From a virus (lineage: Duplodnaviria > Caudoviricetes): a stretch of 35,809 nt of DNA. Position numbers and translations under genes: made by a program. Shown here in pieces: positions 28,355 to 35,809 of this stretch. Below the pieces are notes generated by a model. It was given only the letters and a program-made list of their open reading frames with translations. It searched no databases and was not told the origin of the DNA. The DNA is taken from positions 1 through 35,809 of IMG/VR virus record IMGVR_UViG_3300044448_000545, one strand, 5' to 3'. The number at the start of each line of letters is the position of its first letter. Positions within the stretch are counted from its first letter, which is position 1.

Positions 28355-30013
28355 ATGGGTGCAATAATCGAAGTAGATTACTACAATACTTTTATTTTAA
28401 AAAAGACTATAACATCAAGCGCGTTAGATTGGAACGGTTCGTTTGGTGTTCCGCCTGGTGTTGACGGTGGTTATCCTGTAATATCCGCGGCTACTACTCA
28501 AGCAGATAGTTGGGCTATAGAAGAATCACGTATTAGAGGTGGTTATAACAATACAACCGTAGAGTTAGGACCAAGAGCTTTTATAGTAGAAGACGAACCT
28601 AATTCTTCTATAAGATTTAATAGTCTTATATATTCTGGTATTTATAATTCTACTACAGGTGTAAATGATACTAACGTTTTTTCTGTAGGTGATGATATAA
28701 CTAAATCAGCTGACCCAGCAAACGGTAGTATACAAAAGCTATATGCTGAAGATACAAATCTTATTATATTCCAAGAAAACAAAGTTAGTAGAGCTCTTAT
28801 AGATAAAGACGCTATATATACCGCTGAAGGTAGTACATCTATATCAAATATAAACACTACTATAGGTACTATACAACCTTTTACAGGTAATTTTGGTATT
28901 AGCCAAAACCCAGAAAGCTTTGCTGTGTATGGGTATAGAAAATATTTTACAGACAAAGACAGAAATGCTGTAATGAGATTGTCAAGAGATGGTCTAACTG
29001 AAATATCTAATTACGGTATGATAGATTATTTTAGAGATCAATTTGATAATTTAGATCAAACAAATGATTTACCTGGTAAAGCTTTAGGTAGTTGGGATAT
29101 ATACAACAAGCAATATGTATTATCTTTACAACAAAACCCAAATGCTAACAACCCTACGTTTAACACACTTAGTTTTGATGAGCAAGTTTTAGGGTGGCCT
29201 AGCTTTTTTACATACGAACCTGATCAGGCTATTAGTATTCAAAGCGATTTTTATACTTTTAAAGATGGATCTTTATATAAACATTACGTAGATAATTTTA
29301 ATGCTGCTACAGGTCTGTATGATAGAAATACTTTTTACGGCGTGTCAAGTAATTCTTCTATAACGTTTGTGTTTAATCCTAAGGTAAGCATGTCAAAAGT
29401 ATTTAAGACTGTAAACTACGAAGGATCTAGCGGTTGGAAAATTAGTGAATATAAAGCTAGCAGATCTTTTGATTTAAACGATACTGCTAACGTAGTTTTA
29501 AGTAACGCTGCGGGTCTTTATGAAGAGCAAACTATACAAGAGGTTATTATAACAAACGCAGGCGCGGCGTATGGCTTAGCAAACAACGTTAGTGTTGCTA
29601 CAACTGGAGCTGGTACAGGTTTCTCTTGCAACATAACGCAGGTGTCTGGCGCTGGCGCTATACAATCGGTTGTTATAAATCAAGTTGGTACTGGGTATAA
29701 AAACGGTGAAAACCTAACGGTTTCTGGCGGTAACGGCGCAGCTGTGTTGCAAATTAATAGTGTTAATACTTCAGTTTATAACGCTGGTTTCTACTTAAAA
29801 GAAGGTAAGTACTACGCTAGCATAGTTAATTCTAGTCCAGCTACAGCCGGTGAGGTTGTGTTTGGTGATGATATGACTGGTGTTAAAGGTTATTACGCTG
29901 TTGTTAAAATAGAAACAGGAAAAGTAAATGTTAATCAAAATATTGTAGACGCTAAAACACAGCCAATGGAATTATTCGCGGTTTCATCTGAGTATGTTGA
30001 ATCAGCTTATTAA
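28355..30013 (+). CDS. Tail nozzle/stabilization protein, C-terminal part
   Basis: GSIQKL...LIIFQENKVS...FGISQNPESFA...YFTDK...GWPSFF...KVFKTVNYEG...KEGKYYA beta-propeller-like motifs. Confidence 0.75.
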   Translation: MGAIIEVDYYNTFILKKTITSSALDWNGSFGVPPGVDGGYPVISAATTQADSWAIEESRIRGGYNNTTVELGPRAFIVEDEPNSSIRFNSLIYSGIYNSTTGVNDTNVFSVGDDITKSADPANGSIQKLYAEDTNLIIFQENKVSRALIDKDAIYTAEGSTSISNINTTIGTIQPFTGNFGISQNPESFAVYGYRKYFTDKDRNAVMRLSRDGLTEISNYGMIDYFRDQFDNLDQTNDLPGKALGSWDIYNKQYVLSLQQNPNANNPTFNTLSFDEQVLGWPSFFTYEPDQAISIQSDFYTFKDGSLYKHYVDNFNAATGLYDRNTFYGVSSNSSITFVFNPKVSMSKVFKTVNYEGSSGWKISEYKASRSFDLNDTANVVLSNAAGLYEEQTIQEVIITNAGAAYGLANNVSVATTGAGTGFSCNITQVSGAGAIQSVVINQVGTGYKNGENLTVSGGNGAAVLQINSVNTSVYNAGFYLKEGKYYASIVNSSPATAGEVVFGDDMTGVKGYYAVVKIETGKVNVNQNIVDAKTQPMELFAVSSEYVESAY

Positions 30014-30022
30014 ATAAAAATT

Positions 30023-30829
30023 ATGGAACAATTATTAGAAATATTACACAACGTCTGGTACGGACCAGATGTGATTGGTCTTAACTACGGTTTAGGTCCA
30101 TTAGCTATTGCTGGTATTGCTTCTACTGGCTCTAGCGTGCTTGGCGGTATATTTGGTGGTATAGGAGCTGGCAAAAGAGCTAGGCGCGCGGCAAGTGAAA
30201 AAAGAAGACTACAAGGTAAATTAGAGGGTTTAGAAAATAGTAGACAACCTATTATAAATCCTTATAGTGATGTTACTTCGCTGCAAGGTTTTATTACTGA
30301 TACATCTAATATTGTTTCAAATCCATATGCTAATTTAAGTGTAGCTACACAAGCAGCTGAATTCCAAGCTGAAGAAGCAGATATAGCTTTAGCAAATACT
30401 CTTGATACTCTTATGGCTACTGGTGCTAGCGCGGGTGGCGCAACGGCTCTTGCTCAAGCTGCTTTAAAAAGTAAACGAGGTATATCAGCGGATATTGAAA
30501 GACAAGAAGCTCAAAACGAACAGTTAAAAGCTCAAGGACAACAAGTTCAAGAACGTCTTCAAATGGCTGAAGCACAGCGTGTTCAAAGAGCTCAAATGGG
30601 TGAAGCAGGGCGTATACAACAAGCAGGTGTTTTAGGTAAAGAGTTTGTTTATGGTCAAAAAGAGCGTAGAGAAACAGAGAAAATGAATAGAATTCAAGCT
30701 CAAATAACTGGGCAAGCGCAGCAAGAAGCTAACTATAGATCGCAACAAGCTTCTATGTTTGGTGGGGCTATGAATACAGTCGGTAGCGCTGGAATGACTT
30801 TTTTAGCTCAAGGTTTAAAACAAGAATAA
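30023..30829 (+). CDS. Ejection/pilot-type internal virion protein
   Basis: Gly/Ala hydrophobic N-terminal segment, then Gln/Ala-rich coiled coil. First of three post-tail genes. Confidence 0.6.
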   Translation: MEQLLEILHNVWYGPDVIGLNYGLGPLAIAGIASTGSSVLGGIFGGIGAGKRARRAASEKRRLQGKLEGLENSRQPIINPYSDVTSLQGFITDTSNIVSNPYANLSVATQAAEFQAEEADIALANTLDTLMATGASAGGATALAQAALKSKRGISADIERQEAQNEQLKAQGQQVQERLQMAEAQRVQRAQMGEAGRIQQAGVLGKEFVYGQKERRETEKMNRIQAQITGQAQQEANYRSQQASMFGGAMNTVGSAGMTFLAQGLKQE

Positions 30830-30833
30830 TAAC

Positions 30834-32366
30834 ATGGCAAACTTACCAAAATTTTCAGGCAAATACACTACAGCTGGAGCTTATGAAAGACCTCAAACTG
30901 TTTTAGATAAATCAGGTTTTATATATGCTAAAACTTTGTCTGACTTAGGGCAGGGTTTTAATAAAGCATTGCAAGGTGTTTTTGATAAGCGTAACGCTGA
31001 AGCTTTACAAGCTAGAAAAAACGAAGAAGAAAACTATAAGTTTCAAACACAGCAGCAGCAACAACTGATTAATCAGCTGGCTAAAGCTGGTATTAACAAT
31101 GATTCGCTATACAAGCTTGGCTTTGACCTTATTAGCGCTAATTCTAAATTAAGGTTAGATATCAAGCAAGCGCAAAATCAAGAAGATCGTACTAAGTATA
31201 TGAATCAACAAGCTAGAGTTATGCGTAAACTTGGTGAATATCAAGGTCTTATAGCGAGTATACAAGACTCTACAAGCACATATAGCTCTGATGTTATTGA
31301 AAATCCTTCTAAAGTTGGTAATCAAGGTGGTGTAGCTACGGTAGGTACTGATTCAAATAAAAATTATAACCTAGGTATGCCGGCACTTACTGGTACTACT
31401 AAAAACGGTACTTCTGAATATTATCTTGATAAAGATATGAATTTTAGAATAAGGCTTACTAGTGATCAAATATCTAAGCAAACAGAAAAAGGTTATATAG
31501 ATGAAGACGCTGGTTTGTTTTTATCTTTCGACCCTCTTACAGTGCCTAACATAGATAAAGAAATAAGCGACATGCTTTTAGGTGCTAAAATTACAGACAA
31601 AAATGGTAACATATCTCAAGAATATGTAGACATAAATAACGCTAAGTTTGTAACTAACGACCAAGGCACTATGCGTTATGCTGTAGAAGCAACTAACGTA
31701 GCTGGTGCTATGGCTGTAACTCAAAATGCTAGAAACGCTATGATAGGTTCTTACTTGCAGGATCCACAAAAAGCTCAGATTATTTATCAACAAATATTTG
31801 GTAATAACGAAAAGCTAGAAATAGGTGGCGGTAGCGAGAGCAGTATGTTTACAACTGAGTCAGAAAGAAAGTTTGTCGCTGCGTTTGATCAATACTTCGA
31901 AGCTCTTATACCTCAAACTAGAATAGGTAAAGCTCAAGCCATTACAGAAAGAAAAGCAACTGAAACAGCTAAAGAAATATCTGAATTAGCGCCACAGGTT
32001 TATACAGATATATTTAAAAACCCAGAGTCTTATTTTAAAAATAAAAAAATAGGTGGTAAAGACGTATTGAAAGTAAATGTTTTACCAGGATCTGTGCCAG
32101 CTGGTGGTGGTGAAGTTTATCCTGTTATAGAATTAGGCTACAAGTCTGGTAGTAAAGTAGATGGAGAAGAACAAACTATATTCACTACTGATATGTCTTT
32201 TGATCTTAGTGATCCAGCTAGAGTTAGAGCTTTAATAGACATGCTTCCAGAGGGTGCTAGTATGAAAAAGGAACTAAGAAAATTAGTAGGTGATGATCCT
32301 ATAGAAAGCGTATCTATAGAAACGTTTGAGCAAACCCCACCTATTTATAAAGGTATTTCTCTTTAA
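30834..32366 (+). CDS. Internal virion (ejection) protein, putative
   Basis: 510 aa with a helical Gln-rich N-terminus. Positional assignment. Confidence 0.55.
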   Translation: MANLPKFSGKYTTAGAYERPQTVLDKSGFIYAKTLSDLGQGFNKALQGVFDKRNAEALQARKNEEENYKFQTQQQQQLINQLAKAGINNDSLYKLGFDLISANSKLRLDIKQAQNQEDRTKYMNQQARVMRKLGEYQGLIASIQDSTSTYSSDVIENPSKVGNQGGVATVGTDSNKNYNLGMPALTGTTKNGTSEYYLDKDMNFRIRLTSDQISKQTEKGYIDEDAGLFLSFDPLTVPNIDKEISDMLLGAKITDKNGNISQEYVDINNAKFVTNDQGTMRYAVEATNVAGAMAVTQNARNAMIGSYLQDPQKAQIIYQQIFGNNEKLEIGGGSESSMFTTESERKFVAAFDQYFEALIPQTRIGKAQAITERKATETAKEISELAPQVYTDIFKNPESYFKNKKIGGKDVLKVNVLPGSVPAGGGEVYPVIELGYKSGSKVDGEEQTIFTTDMSFDLSDPARVRALIDMLPEGASMKKELRKLVGDDPIESVSIETFEQTPPIYKGISL

Positions 32367-32383
32367 TAATTAAATAATATAAT

Positions 32384-35300
32384 ATGAACGAAGAGCAAAT
32401 TGCAGAATTAAAATCTTTGGTTGATGAGTTAACAACTCAAGGTTTATCTACAGAGCAAATACAAGCTAGTGTTGATCAACGTAAAGCTGAGTTTGCTAAT
32501 GCTGTAGAAGTTACAGACGAAATACAAGAGACTGTAACTGAGGGAAAGACAAGCGATGTTGCAACAGTGGATGCGGCTGTGACATCGGAACCGGACACAG
32601 CATCCGAGAGTACGGAATCAAAGCCGGACGATATTTTATCGGGATTAGAAGAAATTAAAGACGTACGCGAAATAGATAAACGTATTGATAAAATAACATC
32701 TACAAAAGCAACTAAATTTTTTGAAGCAGGAGAAATAAGTCCTTTAGATTCTCCAAAAAGAATAGCTCAATATAAAGAGTTAATCAATAGAAGAAATAAT
32801 ATAATAGGTGATGCTTATAAACTAGGTCAAACTCAGACTTACCAGCAAAAAGACTTTGATCCTATGAGTCCTAGTAAAAAAGTTATTGAAAGAGAAGGAG
32901 CTCCAGAAGGAGGAGCTAAACTAGCTTACGTTCCTTTTACAGTAGATGGCGAGGTAGTTGGTACAACAATGGAACCGCTTGCATTTGAAGAGGTGATAGT
33001 AACTGCTCAACAATATAAAGAGCGCGAAAGACAAATACAAAGTGAAGCTTATATTAATTTTCTAGAACAATCTGGGTTATCAACAGAACCACTATCCCGT
33101 GAAGAGTTTGAAGCTGAAAAAGAAAAAGAAGGTGATATAACAGAAATAAAAACTACGCCTTACAGAGGCTTAGATTTACTTCAATCTTTTGAAAACATAG
33201 GAGCTTCTTTATCTGGGCTTCAACAAACAGCACAAGAAAAAGAAAATTTTAGAAATCAATATGAAGATTATCTTTCTTTTATGAAAGACAAAAAAGTTGA
33301 TGTAAAGCGTGAAGTGCCGGGTTTTTTTTCTAGTAGATTTGCTGATGTTTCCAATTTATTAACACAAGTAGGTGGGACAGATGATAGAGCTCTTTTAAAT
33401 CTAGCTTATATTACTAATTCTATATCTTCTGATACTTATCGAAACGTATTTGGCGTAGAGTTAGGCGATAGATTAAAAAAAGAAGCAGTTAAAAGTCTTA
33501 GTAATATAGATAATAAAATGAATTATTTAAATTCATTAACGCTAGATACTCCTACTTTTTTAGATATTGCACCAAAAGAAAGTTTAACTAGTAATGCTTT
33601 AACGGGTTTGTCAGCTGGGCTAACAGCTTTAAGTAGTTTTGCAGCAACCGCTGCTACAGCTATACCTACAAGTGGTACGGCTATTTTTAGTGACATGGCT
33701 GCTAATAATATTAAATCTTTTAATGATGCAAAAGCAAGAAGCAAAGGTATTACAGTTGAGGAATTAGCTTTAAGAGGCGAAACAGAAGTTGTAACACCTA
33801 CTGGTTTAGCCGTTATAGGTGGTTTTTTAGAAAAAGCTGGTTTGAAAGGTGTTCAAAGAAAAATATCTGCTATGCCTCCTGGTGCTATGCAAGCTGTTTT
33901 TAATTATTTTAATTCTGGAAATAGAGAAGGTATTACAGAATATGCACAGGGTTTATTAGAAGCTTATAATTTAGCTTTAGGTGAAGGTAAATCAATAGAT
34001 GAAGCTATTGATATAGTAATCAAAGAAATGACTTCTCCAGAAAGCCTTAATAGATATTTATCGGGTTTTGCTGGTGGAGCAGGTGGTTTAGGATCTGGAA
34101 GAATAATGAAAGCTATAGGCGCTACAAGAACACCATCAGAAAACAAAAGAGTATCTAGCCTTATAAATAAATTAAACGAACTAGAAAATAGTAAGTATAG
34201 AAAAAATTTAAATGCTGATGATATTGCACAAATAAACACAGCGCAAGAGACTATAAGATTTGATTTAAGAGATATAGTACTAAATGAAGTTGATTTAGTT
34301 GGATCTTTAACAGAAGCTCAAATTCAACAAGTAGATATAGCCTCTGATTATTTAACTTCTTCTACTAGTAGAATAAACGAAATAGAAGCTAGTGATAAAT
34401 ATAGCGAGCAAGACAAAAAAAATATTATAGCTAGTATAAATCAAAAAAGACAAATAGCTAGTGATGTAATATATGACATACGTAATGAAGCGGAAAAATT
34501 AGAAGCACAAGTATTTACTATAAAAGATTTATCTAAGTTTGTTAAAGGTGTTAAAGTAGAGGAAGCTAAAGATGATGCTGAAGCTTTAAAATTTGTTGAT
34601 GAAAATAATTTAGAAATAAAAGCTTCTACGGAGCAAGGCTATATACTACAAAATCCTGAAACAGGAGAGCAGACAATAGTTATAAATAAAGAGACCGCTC
34701 AAAACCAAAAAGCTGTAAACGTAGCCGCTCATGAATTTTTACACGCTATATTATATTCTACAATAAAAAATAATCCTAAGGCAGCTACAAATCTTGGTAA
34801 ATCTCTAATGGCTGAGTTAAATAAAATAGACATAGACCAAATAGAAGATAGTGACTTTAAAAAACGTATGAAGCAATATGCTGAAAAACCTATTGACCAA
34901 CAAATGGAAGAGGCTATTACGTTGTTTTCTGATGCTTTAGTTACAGGGGATATAAATTTTAAAGAAAATATAGCTACTAGAATAGGTGATAAATTTCGTA
35001 GACTTGCTCAAAAGTTTGGTGTTAAAATAAAATTTAACAATGGTAAAGATGTATATAACTTTGTAAAAGATTATAACAAAAGTATTGAAAAAGGTGAATT
35101 ATCTATAGCTCAAGTACGGGCAGCTGCTGAAGGTGTTGAAGGTGAATTAGTTACACCAGTAACAGAACAGCGAGCTGACGAACAAATAATTAAAGAATCA
35201 AGATCTGAAGAAGCTTCTAATCGTGTTCAAGAAATATACGATCAACAAGGCGAAGCTGGTGCTTTTGATATTATAGAACAGTTTAAACCTATTACAAGTA

Positions 35301-35809
35301 GAATAGTAGAGCGTAGAAGTGAAGCACCTGGCTTTGATCGTCAATTACTTACAGATGAAATAGAAACTGGTCAGCGAGGTATTATAGATCTTATTAAAGA
35401 ATATGATCCAGAATCAGGTGTACCGTTAGCAGCTTATATAAATAAGTTTTTACCAGCTCGAGCTATTGAAGCATCGAAAAGAGTTCTTGGTGAAGAGTTT
35501 ACAGAAGATGTCACTGAAGCAAGAGGTGTTGTGGCTGAAGAGGTTGTGACTGAAACCGCTATTAAACCAGAGGCAAAAACCATTGATCCGTTCAGGATTA
35601 TGCCTAATGTAAGAGAAGCTGCGGTAACAGAAGTACAAGAAAGTATTGCAGATAAAGACGTAGACGTTACAGAGGTTACATATAAGGAGCTTAAAGACGT
35701 TGCGCCATACCAAACAGTGGCAGACTTTTTTAACATACCTGTAAGCCGAATAAAAAATCCTAAAGATAATTTGCGTAAGTTAGATGACGTGGCAAATATA
35801 CAGCGTTGG
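32384..35809 (+). CDS. Giant multidomain internal virion/ejection protein, 3'-truncated (not in ORF track)
   Basis: ATG 32384 (MNEEQIAELKSLV...). The frame appears open for 1142 codons to the window end. Contains Gly/Ala hydrophobic segments, EGITEYAQ, HEFLH (34730-34744) and a sigma-r2-like segment (35270-35482). Confidence 0.85.
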   Translation, partial: MNEEQIAELKSLVDELTTQGLSTEQIQASVDQRKAEFANAVEVTDEIQETVTEGKTSDVATVDAAVTSEPDTASESTESKPDDILSGLEEIKDVREIDKRIDKITSTKATKFFEAGEISPLDSPKRIAQYKELINRRNNIIGDAYKLGQTQTYQQKDFDPMSPSKKVIEREGAPEGGAKLAYVPFTVDGEVVGTTMEPLAFEEVIVTAQQYKERERQIQSEAYINFLEQSGLSTEPLSREEFEAEKEKEGDITEIKTTPYRGLDLLQSFENIGASLSGLQQTAQEKENFRNQYEDYLSFMKDKKVDVKREVPGFFSSRFADVSNLLTQVGGTDDRALLNLAYITNSISSDTYRNVFGVELGDRLKKEAVKSLSNIDNKMNYLNSLTLDTPTFLDIAPKESLTSNALTGLSAGLTALSSFAATAATAIPTSGTAIFSDMAANNIKSFNDAKARSKGITVEELALRGETEVVTPTGLAVIGGFLEKAGLKGVQRKISAMPPGAMQAVFNYFNSGNREGITEYAQGLLEAYNLALGEGKSIDEAIDIVIKEMTSPESLNRYLSGFAGGAGGLGSGRIMKAIGATRTPSENKRVSSLINKLNELENSKYRKNLNADDIAQINTAQETIRFDLRDIVLNEVDLVGSLTEAQIQQVDIASDYLTSSTSRINEIEASDKYSEQDKKNIIASINQKRQIASDVIYDIRNEAEKLEAQVFTIKDLSKFVKGVKVEEAKDDAEALKFVDENNLEIKASTEQGYILQNPETGEQTIVINKETAQNQKAVNVAAHEFLHAILYSTIKNNPKAATNLGKSLMAELNKIDIDQIEDSDFKKRMKQYAEKPIDQQMEEAITLFSDALVTGDINFKENIATRIGDKFRRLAQKFGVKIKFNNGKDVYNFVKDYNKSIEKGELSIAQVRAAAEGVEGELVTPVTEQRADEQIIKESRSEEASNRVQEIYDQQGEAGAFDIIEQFKPITSRIVERRSEAPGFDRQLLTDEIETGQRGIIDLIKEYDPESGVPLAAYINKFLPARAIEASKRVLGEEFTEDVTEARGVVAEEVVTETAIKPEAKTIDPFRIMPNVREAAVTEVQESIADKDVDVTEVTYKELKDVAPYQTVADFFNIPVSRIKNPKDNLRKLDDVANIQRW
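32542..32605 (+). other. Predicted -1 programmed ribosomal frameshift signal (G GGA AAG + 5-nt spacer + H-type pseudoknot)
   Basis: The heptamer 32542-48 is in the correct phase. Stem 1: CGATGTTGC(32554-62)/GTGACATCG(32579-87). Stem 2: GGATGC(32569-74)/GCATCC(32600-05). Confidence 0.65.

Larger units (their letters stand above)
1..35809 (+). mobile_element. Tailed dsDNA bacteriophage genome segment (structural/morphogenesis module), podovirus-like, probable Bacteroidota host
   Basis: Contiguous co-oriented TerL, portal, scaffold, MCP, tail and lysis genes. No host housekeeping genes other than divergent chaperonins. Leaders are A/T-rich without SD motifs. No integrase is seen, so prophage versus free phage cannot be decided. 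Confidence 0.95.

Noticed and set aside
3082-35736. Other minus-strand ORFs in the track (e.g. 3082, 3658, 3940, 7826, 14266, 27054, 28642, 33523, 33964, 35434)
   Set aside because: All lie antisense to strong + strand genes, including the giant ORF the track missed, and carry no recognisable motifs.
1-35809. Stop-codon reassignment, introns/inteins, tRNA or rRNA genes
   Set aside because: Long genes are intact in the standard code, TerL, portal and MCP show no obvious insertions, and the intergenic gaps are short with no cloverleaf visible.

Overview
This is an AT-rich, gene-dense window with every credible gene on the + strand. It is the virion-morphogenesis arm of a tailed, podovirus-like dsDNA phage. 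A Bacteroidota/Flavobacteriia host is inferred from A-rich leaders lacking Shine-Dalgarno motifs and a crAss-like TerL-portal-scaffold-MCP-ring-nozzle-ejection-protein layout. Gene order: fibre/decoration proteins; a 10-module tail fibre with a C-terminal S74-type chaperone; phage groEL-groES; a cluster of small genes with lysis functions (holin-like proteins, M15A peptidase); a second, tandem GroES-fold protein; terminase, portal, scaffold and MCP; tail ring and nozzle proteins; and three ejection-type proteins. The last is a protein of >1140 aa that runs off the window end and is missing from the ORF track. The most unusual signals were read directly from the DNA. (1) A lambda-type G-GGA-AAG slippery heptamer followed by an H-type pseudoknot sits near the start of the giant gene, predicting a -1 frameshift and a 91-aa Cys-tailed product. 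(2) The same giant protein carries a sigma70 region-2-like segment, a HExxH motif and a TonB-box-like motif. (3) A 37-aa basic ORF (MPFK...AKKW) is nested in the +1 frame of the scaffold gene. (4) A 12-aa CxxCxxCxxC micro-ORF is translationally coupled between a holin-like gene and the endolysin. (5) GC-rich, nucleotide-conserved 30-bp junctions separate the tail-fibre modules. (6) A recurrent intergenic promoter-like motif occurs, along with compact leader pseudoknots and a hairpin. All family calls are from motif recognition, not database searches.
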